This document shows, one piece after another, positions 1 to 14,277 of a stretch of 64,000 nucleotides of DNA (the first letter of the stretch is position 1; the number at the start of each line of letters is the position of its first letter). A program made the position numbers and the translations under genes. A model generated the notes under the pieces. The model searched no databases and was not told the DNA's origin. It saw only the letters and a program-made list of their open reading frames with translations. Origin of the DNA: Octopus vulgaris (Eukaryota); the NCBI GenBank assembly GCA_951406725.2, contig OX597814.1, positions 222,704,001 to 222,768,000 of the forward strand. The letters are read 5' to 3'.

Positions 1-2904
1 ATATATATATATATACCGCACTGTGTACAGATGGCAATATGTATGCGTGCATCTATACACACACACTCATGTATGTGTATGTGTCTGTGTTGTATGTGTG
101 TGTGCGTGAGTGCGTGTGTATTTTGATGCAGATATGATTCACCATGTTTCCTGAAATTTCCAAACACTGCAAATAGCAGTCTCAGATTCGAATATTGCCG
201 AATAGTTGCAATCACTATGAATGTAATACGAGTGACATCTGCAAAACTTGCTTACTCGATTTCAGGCTACAGCGATTGCATTTCACTAGAAATCATCTCC
301 GTTTTTTTTCAAATGAAATACTTTATCATTATTTCATATCAACATAACAGCGTTATATGCATATGTGTTTAGCACTTCGGATCAAGAAATAATTTCTTCT
401 TATCTCCATTATTCATACTCACATATCAGATTCCTACAGTTCAAGAGGTACACGTAATTCAAAAACGAAACTGTTATTTACTCTCAATCGAAAGAATTTA
501 AATTTTCCCTCATTGTAATACTAAATCTTGAATGCAAGGAATATGCAATTGACGCTGACTGTATTTGATAGAACGAGTTAAAAACTGAAATATTCGATTA
601 ATTTTAAATTGTTGTTCTATTACTTGAGATTGTCTTTACGAATGGAATAAGATTATTTGTTGGTATTTTGAGAATAAAATAAAACAAAATTCTCTAGATA
701 CGTTAATACATATGAAATGAATGAGTAACTGGAAGGAGCTTTATAACTGCGATGCTACAGAATTATAATTTGTCCAATTAAAAATGAAAATATCAATATA
801 GCTTTTGTATTCTCTTCGGCGCTAATATTCTGAATATTTATGCATATGAATATAAAATTCTAGGTTTATTCCCAATGTTTTTCGTCTGTTATATTCGGTT
901 TTGTCCATAAAAATACAAAGTGCATTAATTTCATATTCCTTATGGCGTCAAGTTAATAATGTCAAGGAAAACATCCAATGATAAATATTTATTTATTTGC
1001 TTATTTGCTCTTACATCACTGTTCTGATCTGCAATTCACTCACTTCTTTATATAGTCAGTACTTTCTTCATACTGAATTCAATCTTAACATGATACATTA
1101 CAAAATATATTGGTATTCTTTAAAATTTCAACCCTCCATTATTTCTATACTACTATGTATAATAAATCTGTTTTATTTTGTATATTATTGCAAGCAGACG
1201 GTGAACGTCAGCGTACAAAATTAGGATATCTTAGCTGAGAAACCTGCAATTTATTCAAAGGGCCACTGATAAACATATCATTTGCTACAGCATAGGTTTC
1301 TCATCTAGAAGCATTACAGTTATAACGGCTATGCTCTTCTCTTAACGTTAATTTAATAGCATCAAGACACTGACCAGGATTTATAAAACAGGCAGGATAG
1401 GATTGTATACCGTTAATGATATTGATTTCTTACACTGGTAATATCAATGACTAAAGGAATCGTATTGTACATATCATGTTGAATATTTTTCCAGAGAAAT
1501 GCAAATATGCATCGAGCATTTGTTCCAGTTCTCTGCATTCTGAGTTCAAACCCTGTCCAGCTCCACGTTGTTTTATGTTTTCGTCGTCGATAAAACCAGA
1601 TGCAGTTCAACACAGTGAAATGGTGTGATTGTTACAAGGTCGGACGAAATCCTTGTGCCTTGAGTTCTTAAAAAGAATTTTTTATTCTTCACATGATTTG
1701 ACACCACCACCTGATTCATAGGTGTCTTTAGAAGGAATCACTCTTTCCGAAGCATTTAGAACAAGCCGTCTGTCTTAGGATAAGTTCTTTATCTCACCAA
1801 TCATGAATATAAGAGACCTTGAATATAAAAGGTCGTAAGCACTGTACGACAATAGGGCACAAAGCAAGAGTATTTTTAGGAAAATTACGATAGATTTATA
1901 ATAAATGCATTAAATATGATTACTTATAATATAAAGAAAATAGATCTGTGTCAAGTGAACACGAAAGAGTAAATTGTTCTTCCAAAATGTAATTTAAAAA
2001 TATATTTCATCTAACCTAAAATGACCTCAGGCAAGAAGAAAATGTACACGAACGAAGTAAAACATTGCAGAATAATTAATAATTTCAATCAAATTAACTC
2101 GGAAATTAATAAACGAATTTAGAATAAAAATTTACGCTGACGAGATAATGTGGTACGATAAATTTCTAGTTATATTAATGACCATAAAATATCGTATTAA
2201 TTATATAAATGAAATATTTCTTTTCCTATAAACAGCCATTAGGAAATGGATATATTGGAGTTTAGCACTTCTAATCATTAGAATTTGCTCATCCTTCATT
2301 ACCAGTCCCTTATTGTAAATAATATTTTATTATTATTATTTTCTTTTTACACAAGCCATTCTATAAAGCATCACTTATTCACCACATTTTCATTAATATT
2401 CTTTCCGTTAATTCCTACACTCATATTTTTGTTTCAACGTAGTAATGGTTTTTCAAATAAAGCTATTTGTATAATTTGCTGTTTGTATATATGGACTAAA
2501 ATAATTATACAAATTCTGCTTCTGGTCCAAAATGAAATATTTATTTTAATGGCTCTGCTTGTCAATTTGATACGATCGAAATACCGTTGCATTTGTCACA
2601 TTGATATGGCAGGATTGTTACCGTAAACAGAGTTGCAAAAAGCAAATTTTACCCCGCCCCCGACGAGAAAGACAATAATAGGAGGAATTCGAATATAGAA
2701 CGTAATGTTGGAGAACACTCAATTAATATCCCTGGTCGCTAACACAAAACGATAAAACTACTACCTAAACAGAAATTATACTTTGAATATAACACAGATG
2801 AATGAAGAGCAAAGATGAACTCAGCAAGATTAGAAAACGTAGTTGCAGCTCCAGAACAAATAGTCTTTTCTACTATAGGTACATTTGGGCTTAGTAGGCG
2901 AGAC

Positions 2905-3306
2905 TCTCTCTTTACTCTTTTACTTGTTTCAGTCATTTGACTGCGGCCATGCTGGAGCACCGCCTTTAATCGAGCAACTCGACCCCGAGACTTACTCTTT
3001 TGTAAGCCCAGTACTTATTCTATAGGTCGCTTTTGCCGAACCGCTAAGTAACGGGGACATAAACACACCAGCACCGGTTGTCAAGCAATGCTAGGGGGAC
3101 AAACACAGACACACAAACAAACACACGCATATATATATATACATACGACGGGCTTCTTTCAGTTTCCGTCTACCAAATCCACTCACAAGGCATTGGTCGG
3201 CCCGAGGCTATAGTAGAAGACACTTACCCAAGGTGTCACGCAGTGGGATTGCACCCGGAACCATGTGGTTGGTAAACAATCTACTTACCACACAGCCACT
3301 CCTGCG
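2905..3306 (-). mobile_element. tRNA-derived SINE, family A, full length
   Basis: Minus strand starts GCAGGAGTGGCTGTGTGGTAAG (A box) ... GGTGCAATCC (B-box-like) and ends in a GTAAAAGA-type tail; near-identical copy at 24190-24601. Confidence 0.9.
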
Positions 3307-3460
3307 ATTACATCGACCCCTGTATCTGAAATATACTTATTCATATCGACCCTGAAAGGGATGTAAGGCAAGGTGGACTTCGGTAGAATTTGAACTCAGA
3401 ACGTAAAGAAGGGTGAAATGGATTTTGTCGTGACTGCTAACGATTCTGCCAGATCCCGCT
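3307..3460 (-). mobile_element. SINE family B, decayed
   Basis: Reverse complement of CTGGCAGAATCGTTAGCA...TTCTGAGTTCAAATTC...GGGTCGAT, as seen in the better copies at 47722 and 49914. Confidence 0.75.
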
Positions 3461-3592
3461 TTAGCCGGAACAAATAATGCAAGATATCGTTTTCAACGCT
3501 TAAAAGATATTATACGTTCCTCTTACACACATATACTCATATACGTACGCGTGTGTGTATGTGTCAGTGTGTATGTGTCAGTGTGTATGTGT

Positions 3593-3645
<53 letters not shown>

Positions 3646-3784
3646 CGTGCGTGTGTTGTGCGTTAAGGTATATAAATCTATTTTATTTGGTGACACACTT
3701 TATCTGATACACGTCCAATGCACTGAAAAGAGAGGAGATATGTTTCCACTTTAACAGTACTATTCAAATATGTATGTGAATGCA

Positions 3785-3839
<55 letters not shown>

Positions 3840-3848
3840 ACACGCATG

Positions 3849-3880
<32 letters not shown>

Positions 3881-4737
3881 GAGAGAGAGACGTATATACA
3901 CAAAATATGTGTGCACTTAAATGCGTATATACGCACGCACGCACACACACATATGTTCACGAATGTGTATCCTAAAGTTGTATTTCGGACAGAACATGCA
4001 TTTGTTCTTTAAACATCTTGTCAAATCTATTGGCTTGTCTGCACGAACAGTGTGCTCAATAGTAAACTGGGCAGCCATATTTTACGGATTGAAAATGAGA
4101 AATATAGTTGGAGATTTGCAAATAGATCTATATTACCTTTATAGGACCCATGTTCTATTAAAAATGTTGGAATAATAAACCTCGCAGGAGTTTTCTAACA
4201 TATTACTTCTTTCCCCCCTACATTGAAAAATATTATCCGCATATCGAATGAATACTAGCGCTACGGCTTATGGGAAAATCTGATTTACGTAGTATAGAGA
4301 AAAGTGATAGTATAGAAATATGAATGAATAATGTAATAAAATCAGTTGATAAACCAGTTGAAGGCATTCAACTTATGTTCTATACTGTAAACTATCGGAA
4401 AATATATTATACATCTGATTTTGTCACTGATACGATTTTACTGCAAACTTTGAAAGATATCAGCTGATGAAAAGTTCTTATACACTGTGGATGCATGGAT
4501 GGATGGCTGCATGGATGGATGGATGAATGGGTGGAATAATCGATCAAGTGATAACTATATAGCTAGATATATATCGATATATGTGTAGTTTGGGGAAAAT
4601 TTGTTCCATATCCATTTATATATGTGCTGCAACGAAAGGCACAGTAAGTATGAAACACAATTTTCTATTCATAGACGAATACATTTGTGATATATCTCAT
4701 CTCTGCAGATATTTTTCTTAATAGAGTAATACGATCT

Positions 4738-6910
4738 TGTTAGAAAAGCGGTTACTTTATAAACTCTCTCCAGACGTGTAAGGCGATAATGTTGCATCCT
4801 ACGTCTCCAAATGTCGTGCTACCGCCACAATATTGTCACGGAAGATTAAGATGCACTACACCAGCGTGTAGTAACAGTAAACAAGATAACTATGCAGCCG
4901 TAATAACAACGTAACGATCCAACAAACTCTTCACGAACCACCACTCAACATTCCAAACGTACTAACCAAGCGACACCTTAATTCACTGCAAACCCAACTC
5001 AAGCTCAAACAAACTTCAATCCAACCGCTACTATCTATAGTCATTCAGTTTAGTCTATTTCTCGCAAGTGGGCGTCGTAACTCTCATCGCAACATCTCTT
5101 TGCAGACTTTGACTTCCGTAAGTAATGAAATTCATCTTAATTTTGTTCGTTTCCAGCATTTCCCCCTCTCCTTTTTTAAAACAAATTCAATACCTTTTTC
5201 GTTTTGGCATTATTTCTAAGTGTGCAGTCTGTTTCCTTTTTCTACTGTTGCTTCTTCGAGACTTAATCTCTTTCGGTGCTGGAAACTCAAACATGTCATA
5301 ACAGACTTCCATTGGTATTTCCCTTTGTTTTTCTGTATGTCTTGACTTCAGTTGGCTTAGGTGTCTCTTATGTTCCCAACATTGTCCTTTAATTACATAC
5401 ATCATGTTTCCTAATTACAAAACCATCCTAGTTACAAAACCATCCTCCCAGCCGTCTTTACCATATTTATAAATTTTAAAATAAACTTAATCCCCTACTT
5501 CGAAATGATTTGTTGCCTTTTCTGTATTTCCTTTGAATGTATATTTTTCCTGGCAATTTTATTGTTCGCGCGAACATTAACTATGCAGTAGACATACTTG
5601 AACTGGTATTCGGACTGGGCATTATTCGATATGCCCTCAAGAATTTCGTTAGCGCTTCGTCATTTCCTACATCATTCGTTGCTTTTTTTCATGTTCTCTT
5701 GAAAGTATCATCGAATCTTACTGCCTCACCGTTTAACCTCGGAGGGTACAGTGGAGTAAAAATATGCTATGTCGAATGTATTTTGCAGAAATTTTTCAAT
5801 TCACTACCTGTAAATTGCATTCTATTATTTGATACCAACGTGTCTGAAACACCATATCGAGCAAATAATTCATGCAGAAACGGGTTTTTTTTTATTGCGC
5901 CTGCATACCTCTGGCCACTTTGAACCGCTATCAACAATAATTGATTAGTGTGCGCCGTTCACCGGTCCAGCGTAGTCGATATGTGTCCTGGTCCACAGAC
6001 TATCTGTCTCAGGCCACGATTGGTATTTCACCGGTGGTATTTTGGCTTCTAGTGCGCAACCTCTACATGATTTTACACACTTTTCAGTGTCCAGGATTAT
6101 GAGAAAATCTGGGAAAATCTGATTTACGTAGCGGGGAGAAAAGTGATAGTATAGAGAAATGAATGATTGATGTAATATACATTGCTCCTCATTAAGGCTT
6201 CCATTCTTGACATTCCATGGTGTCCACTGTGGAATTCCTGCAATACTCGTTTCTGTAGTGCAGTTGGTGCTACCACTCTTAGCGTGTATATTAAAACATC
6301 ATCGCATAATGAAACGTTATTCGAATTTGTAAATTTTTGTGGGGCGGGGTTACTTTTCTACATTTCTTTCATTCTTATAATGTAATTATCCTCTGCGGAT
6401 TTCAATTTTATATCATGCGCTGTCACTTGCAATTCGTGAATAGCATCACGCATAACGTTTCCAATTAATTTTTTCTTCAATTCAGCTGCTGAGTTCTATT
6501 CACTAGTGGGGGAGCCAATTAATTTTTTACAGTATTGCCTTATTAAGAGATCTCATGAGTCAAATAGCTCCAACTAGTCGGTACCAAACAGATTGGTTGC
6601 GTTCTTTACGACGAAAAAGTTCGCCTTGCAAGTTTTTACTCGAAATGTGACATCATCCCTCATTTCGTCTATAAAGTGTATTTTGCCACCCGTCATGCCG
6701 CGTGCGGTTTTGACTAACAACGAAACGATCCAACAATCTCTTCGCGATCTAACAATCAATATATCAAACGAACTAACCAAGCGACACCTTTCGACATCAC
6801 TGCGAACTCAACTCGAACTAACACATAAACTTCACCCCGACCGTTACTGTTTATAATCGCTCGGTTCAGTCTATTTCTCGCAAGGGGGCGTCGAGAATCT
6901 CATCACAACA
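4738..6910 (-). mobile_element. Internally deleted Ty3/gypsy LTR retrotransposon remnant
   Basis: Diverged direct repeats (about 4900-5094 and 6712-6910) start TGTTG on the minus strand; PPT-like AAAAAGGAGAGGGGGA at about 5161-5177; protease C-terminus (KTARGMTGG...NLFGTD*); integrase pieces RVLQEFHSGHHG, CVKSCRGC, WTRTHIDYAGP, VDSGSKWPEV, FARYGVSDTLVSNN, PRLNGEAVRF with stops. RT/RNase H absent. Confidence 0.9.
5690..6300 (-). pseudogene. Gypsy integrase (HHCC zinc domain plus rve core), disrupted
   Basis: Manual translation gives the HHCC and rve-core motifs with stops and frameshifts. Confidence 0.88.
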
Positions 6911-6974
6911 AATCCAATATTTAGTACCTACATATCACACTTGGTTATTTAATCCATTCTCTATTTCTGTACAT

Positions 6975-7436
6975 ATGTATATGTATGAATGTTCGTATGT
7001 ATGTATGTAAGTATGTATGTATGTATGTATGTATGTATGTATGTACGTACGTACGTATAGATGTATGTATGTATGTATGTATGTATGTATGTATGTATGT
7101 ATGTATGCATGCATGCATGTATGTATGTATGTATGTATATATGTATGTATGTATGCATGCATGCATGTATGTATGTATGTATGTATGTACGTACGTACGT
7201 ACGTACGTATGTATGTATGTATGTATGTATGTATGTATGTATGTATGTATGTATATGTATGCATGTATGTATGTATGTATGTATGTATGTATGTATGTAT
7301 GTATGTATGTATGTATGTATGTATGTATGTATGTATGTATGTATGTATTATGTATGTATGTATGTATATATGTATGCATGCATGCATGTATGTATGTATG
7401 TATGTATGTATGTATGTATGCATGTATGTATGTATA
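6975..7436. repeat. (TATG)n microsatellite
   Basis: Seen directly, with TACG/CATG variants. Confidence 0.98.
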
Positions 7437-7894
7437 CCGAATGAGCCCGATGATCAAGGAATGTGAAATGCAATGTCCGAGGATATTTGAAAACATGACC
7501 CGAAAGGTCATGAAATAAATGCCAGAGGCCACTTTGTATGATCCTTTACCATTCTGGCAAATCACATAATCGTAATTACAGATTCAAATCCAAAATGTCA
7601 TCTTCCTAAGACCAAAATGGATAATATGATAAAGAGAGAAGATGCAGATGTGCAATTGTTCTCAACAATATTAAGAAATCAGCGTTATACGTTTGCATTC
7701 AAATCCGTTTCTATAATACAAAATTGAGCGAAATAAAGACAAAGCAAAGCCAGAAATACATGCACAATGTGTTACTTATCAATGAGAAACCTTCACATAT
7801 ATACGCACAACGTATAACACGAGATTTATAGTTTAACTAACTCAATATCTCAAACTTGCTTTCGGGACCGCTAAAACAATGCTCGTCCAGTACG

Positions 7895-8260
<366 letters not shown>

Positions 8261-8430
8261 AAATATGTACGCAGATATAAACACATAGAGGCGTGCAGAC
8301 ATTCACTGCATTTGTATAACATCTGGCAAGACATAATTACAAGAAGTCTTAATGTATCTCGTTCTCTGTAGAAAATGAAAGCACAAAGCAAGCTGTCCTA
8401 CATTAGGAAAATTTCCATATTGATTTTTAC

Positions 8431-8488
8431 CTGACAACAATGCTGATATTAACCTCCAGACTGACATGAAAGCATTACAGCTACTTAC
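8431..8488 (-). other. Candidate 58-nt exon or recursive splice site
   Basis: TTTTTCTTTCATTTCAG|GTAAGT at 8489/8488, branch-like TTCTAAT upstream, second donor CAG|GTAAAA at 8431/8430; frame 0 is open (VSSCNAFMSVWRLISALLS). Confidence 0.45.
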
Positions 8489-9363
8489 CTGAAATGAAAG
8501 AAAAACGATACAATCAATAGAAACATTAGAAATCAGTAAATGCTCTGCATTCACGCATACACATATATATATACATATATACACACACATACATACATAA
8601 TATATATATACGTATTTATGTACATACGCACACTCACACATGTACATACAGACACGCACACACGCATAATGTATATATATATATATACATACATATACAT
8701 ATATCAAAATATACCAGAATGTATTAGAAATGCCAAATATACGCACATGTGCTTTATGTTGCAATTATCAATGAATTCTACAATTCTCAGGCGACAAACG
8801 GATAACCAGACTAAGCATTAATTAGTGATGGATGTGAACCAAGTAATTTTACCGCAAAACAAAGAGAAACACTCAAAAACAGAATTAATAATAATAACAA
8901 TTATGCATTGACGTATAAAGCCATATATTAATGACGTTGGGGCCAATATTAAAATGATCTATCTGAACGATTGTTTTCTACGTATCAAATAGAGCTTTGA
9001 TTTGAAGGAAAATTCTTGTATAGAAACTTGCTAATCATAAGAATTTCTTTTTAAAATGTCTTAAATTTAGAGATTAAGTATTGTGGAATTTATTGACAAG
9101 TAGTGGTTAGTAACTATGGTCGCAACGATAAATGTTATTGTTGATCTAGCGAGCAAAAGGTAAAGTTCGGTAACTAAGTGTAATTGGGACAATTGATTCC
9201 TAATTTAACCTCATGATCAAGAGTTCTTGACGGGCATTTTATTTTATCGAAATAAAGTCGACCTCAGAATATAAACATTTGTAACCAACACCGAAAGGCA
9301 CCATTCCATTGATCTAGCAATGGTGACAATTCACAACTTCATAAGTTGACACATGAATACTTA

Positions 9364-9437
<74 letters not shown>

Positions 9438-9577
9438 CATAAATAATATCAGGGTGATAAAAATTATAGACATTTTTACTACCAGTAATAGACTATATAT
9501 CATTCATATAAAATACATTGTACATTCCTATGATGGAAGCCTCTTAATGTGTTTTAATGTACACTATTTTATATGAA

Positions 9578-9614
<37 letters not shown>

Positions 9615-9672
9615 GGTGCCCCAGCATGGCCACAGCTCGTGAGCTGAAACTAGATAAAATAAAATAAATAAA

Positions 9673-9739
<67 letters not shown>

Positions 9740-10254
9740 TTTGTATCCTTATGAAAGCAATAATAATTATAATAGCTTCTAATTAAGTCCAAGGTAAGTA
9801 ATTATTTTCAGGATAAGGGCTGTAGCTATTATTATCGACTGGTACTTCAATTTGTCGCTCTTAGAGGGCTGAAATGCAAGTGATTACAACGATGACATTT
9901 GAACCTAATACATAAAGAGAGAGAAGAAATAGCAAAAGTTATTTCGTTCAACGTTCTAACGATTCTTGCCACCCACAAAATGTTTCTAATTTAGAAGCTA
10001 GGCAGGAACTATTGGTTTCAAATTTTGGCAGGTCAGCAGCTTTGGAGAGGATAGAAATCGATTACATCGACCCCAGTCGTACTTATTTTCTCAACCTCGA
10101 AAGTATAAAAGATAATATCGATCTCGGCAGAATGCAAGGTCAGATATATTGATGGGATTATTTATTCGATACCTTCAACCCACTAGGAGACATGTACCTT
10201 ATAGAGAAATAATAAGCAAAGTTTCCAACTGTGTATTTGATCTAAAAATGTAAA

Positions 10255-11097
10255 GAGTTTGGGACTTTGATTTTCAGACAGACAGAGTGTTAGAGCACCG
10301 AAGGCCGGATATAGTAACCTCTAGGAGGGACAAACAAGAGTGCCTAATAATCGATGTAGCAGTGCCAGGAGAACAACATATCATCATGAAAGAAAGAGAA
10401 AAAGTTGATAAATATGGATTTTAGAAAGTATTGAGCTGGTACAGGTGTCTGATAACATATAAAATTTTATTAGGAGATCAATGAAAAACAGGAATACAGA
10501 GTTAACTTCATTTTGGAAAATTTTTGGTGGCGGTTAACATCAAGAGAGGTATATTTCAGGGAGATAGCCTATCACGAGTGCTATTTGTCATTTGTATGAT
10601 ACCCTTCACACAGATACTATGCAAAGTTGTATCGGGGTGCACCTTGAAAAGTGGAGGAAAATTAAATCATGTTATATATGGGTGATTTACAGATCTTTGG
10701 AAAGACCGAATGTAAAATAAATGACCTAGTCTCAACAGTGCAGATAGTAAGGATATCGGAATGGAATTTGGAGTAAAAAGTGTGATATGCTTACAATATA
10801 AAGAGGTAAAATAGTGTCGTCTGATGTTGTAGGGCTACCCAACGGCTAGAAAATCAAGGATATTGAGACTAATGGGAATTTGGGAATACGATAAAATCGA
10901 GGAAAGTGAAAGAAAGCTTTAAGCGAGAATATTTCAGAAAAACCAAGTTAATTATGGGAAGTAGATCCAATGGCAAAAACAAAATCAGAGCAATGAACAC
11001 ATAGGCTGTTACCTTAAAACGATAGAGCACAAGTGTTGTTAGGTGGACACAGAACGAGCTTGAAGAAATGGACAGAAAAGTAGAAAAATGATTACTC
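10255..11097 (+). mobile_element. R4/Dong-like non-LTR retrotransposon fragments (RLE piece, then RT)
   Basis: WDFDFQTDRVLEHRRPDIV; VNIKRGIFQGDSLS; YMGDLQIFG (decayed YMDD); DIGMEFGVK; many stops. Confidence 0.88.
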
Positions 11098-11660
11098 TTT
11101 TTTCTCGCGGTATCATCCAGTCAGGCTGATTGCCCGGGTCAGCCTGACTACCTCTCTCTATCCCTCCTGATCTTCCATTAGTGTTTTTAGGTCTTCAAAT
11201 TGGCATCCACCATCTTCTGCAAGCTGTTGTAAATACATACGTCTTCTGTGGTCTTCCAGCCGCTGTGGTACCTTGATTTGGTGTCCACAGCAACACATTA
11301 CTCACGAGTTCTTTACTTCTCCAGCAGTGGCAAGTAAAACTCAATCTTGGATGGTTGATGAGAAAGGTGGTACATTCCCATATAACCATTGTGTTTTGGG
11401 GTGCTCCCTTCAAGAGATGTTGAGCACTGCACGTAAAATTCTGTGTAGGCTCCGTCCGGCAAACACCTGAGTTTCTTTGTGAGAGTCCAAGTCGGAGATC
11501 CATATACAAGCACAGATTCAATAACTGCTCCGTTAATTACATTAAAACCAATTGCAGCAAAGATTTACAATGCACTGCTACTCAATCGAATCCAACCTCA
11601 AATTGAAAGAGCTCTTAGGAGAAATCAATATGGATTCAGGAAGAGACGCTCTTCATCTGG
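11098..11660 (-). mobile_element. RTE-clade LINE fragment with an inverted 5' segment, nested in the R4-like element
   Basis: Minus 11098-11531: AVIESVLVYGSPTWTLTKKL...VLLWTP..GRPQKTY. Plus 11533-11660: ITLKPIAAKIYNALLLNRI...NQYGFRKRRS (early RT). Confidence 0.82.
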
Positions 11661-11664
11661 ATGA

Positions 11665-12580
11665 TAATTAACAGAAAAGCGTGGTGAAACAGGTCTCATA
11701 GGACGCAAGATGTGTGTTCTCAACGAGGAGAACAGTATGGGATGGCACATCAAACAGCAGAGTGAATCCTTGCTTACCACTGTTAGAAGATTAACAATAT
11801 AATACCTACTGAAGATGTGGTGCACCCACAATAATTTGAGAAACAAGATGAAGAAGAAAGAGTAAACAACTGGAAAATGAAACCACTGCATGGACAATAC
11901 CGCAGCGAAATCGAAGGAAAAGACGAGATCAACATTTGGAGATGGCTAAGAAAAAGTCATCTGAAAGGATGCACTTAGGCATTCATATACAGCGCCAACG
12001 AATAAGCTCTGAGTACAAATTACACCAAGTTCCAAATACAGAAGTGTAGTGAATCGCACCTTTGTAGGATGTGTGTCCAGCAGAAACGAAAGAATCTCAG
12101 ATATTGTCAGTGAGTGTTGAAAGCTGGCCCAAAAAAACACTACAAAAAGAGGCACGATTACGTGGCTAAATTCATCCACTGGAGGCTATGGGAAAAGTAG
12201 GGCCTGAACAAAGCACAGAAATGGTACTAACACGAACCAGCAGAAATCACCGAGAACAAGGAACATAAGATTCTGTGGGATTTTGAAATCCGGTGTCACT
12301 ACATAATCGAGGCTCGGAGATCAGATATTGTTGTGGTAGATAAAGGAATAAAAGAAACCAAGATCATAGATATTGCAATACATGGGGTTGCACGCATAAG
12401 TAGCAGGAACTGGAAAAGATTGAAAAGACTGAAAAGAATGTGGACTACGAGGAAAGAGTGTCATTCCAGTAATTGTAGAGGCACTGGGAGCACTAACAAC
12501 CAAGTTCGAGAAATATATCAAAGAAATCAGAATTGACTTGTGAGCAGAGCAAGCCCAAAAAACTGCTCTGATGGGGACAT
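11665..12580 (+). mobile_element. R4/Dong-like element, continued (CCHC plus RLE endonuclease)
   Basis: WKMKPLHGQY, WRWLRK, CRMC...YKKRHDYVAKFIHWRL, ILWDFEI...RSDIVVVDK..ETKIIDIAI, VIPVIVEALG. Confidence 0.9.
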
Positions 12581-14191
12581 ACATATATATTTTTATATGT
12601 ATGTGTATGAATGCTTGTGTGCGTAATTTTCGTTTTTGCTTTTCTTTCGTGTTTGAGAGTAATTAAAATTCCATTACAGAATTGAAATTCTGTCTAACGT
12701 AGTCTACTGGAGGTTTGTCGCCATTCACTTCCTCGTCCAATATTAATTCGGATTATTGTACTTTCGCAATACATTCTTTGTCACAAGGAAAATATAAATA
12801 GTTCAAGGTAATTGCCATATTTATATTGTAATTCGCTTTGAAATTCATAGTTTTAACTTCCTTTGATGCCGTTTAAAACTTTATGTCGTCTCATTTTCAG
12901 AGGGCAGTCGAAGCATATCTAAAATCCATAATTGGCTTAGCATAGAAAGCTAATAATGATGTATCACATTGCCACACATTTGTATAACGTGAGCTTTCGT
13001 ATGTTGACTTTATCACGAGATATTTCCATATTTTATCCTCTCCCCTCAAATGTAACTATTATTTGAACTCTGTATTTAAACATTGAATGAGAAATTCATA
13101 CACTGTAAACGACTGCAACAATTTATTCCACTCCACTACTGAAATAAATTAAATAATAATCAATAAACATATGAATTTTAACAGATGATAGTCGTTGCAG
13201 AATGTAATCATAATTTATATCACCTGTACATTTTTTTTATAGTTTATTTTTCTCATGTAACGCTAGTATTACTAATACCTCTGCAATAATAGAATGACTA
13301 AAAAAAATTAGTTGTCGCTTCATTTCAATGATTGTGAAAGCACTGAGAGATTTAACACGAAGTAAAGCGAAGTTTACACGCAAAATAATTCCAACACAAT
13401 TTCCAAGCAGCTTTAAAATTTAATGTATTTTTTTTGTTTTTGTTTTGTTCTGTTTCGGTATTGTTTTTAAACATTTTCATTGCTGAAATATTTCACGTGT
13501 TTGAAAGTGTCTTCTAACATCATAATTTTAAAATTATCTGTTGAAAACAGGAAACTCATCAACTAACAAATTCTGTAAGAAACAGTGTTAAGTGCAACAT
13601 CCATTCTATACAGTAACAGCGATTCAAAGAAACTTAAAAACGCAGTTCCCATATGGAAACATAACAGAACTGGTTGCTATACCTACCAGCCTTTAATAAG
13701 GATGCATTACATTATAAGCTCACACCATGTTGTTACCAAAATGTATTTTCTAATTCGGTAGGGGAAGTATAAGTACCAGTCTTGCTGAACGTTAACGTCA
13801 TTGATTGTCATTTACGGTAACCCTTGCTACACGGACAAAAACACTCATTAATATATGTAACATCACAATTACTTCACTTTGAACTGACGTTTATGTAACA
13901 ATGTACGTATTTACGCACGAACACATGCTATTTCATATGTAGATGTGTCGGGAGCGTGTCTTTATTCATAAATGCACAAAACTAAAACTTTTCGATAGTG
14001 CGAGTGGGAATGAGTGATGTTTTTGTTTTCTTTATTTTTTGTTTCTTTGATTAACTGAAGACTTTCGATGCTGAACTTAGACCAGGATCATAGACGGTTC
14101 ATATGGCGAGTATATAATGCACGCATGTACGTATATATACATATAATATACATACACACATATGTATATGTATATATTTACGTACACACAC

Positions 14192-14234
<43 letters not shown>

Positions 14235-14236
14235 CA

Positions 14237-14277
<41 letters not shown>

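Noticed and set aside
4463-4480. CTGATGAA on the plus strand
   Set aside because: No stem II or downstream GAAA-palindrome-UH.
9791-9800. AGGTAAGT on the plus strand
   Set aside because: No pyrimidine tract or YAG context, so not a recursive-site candidate.
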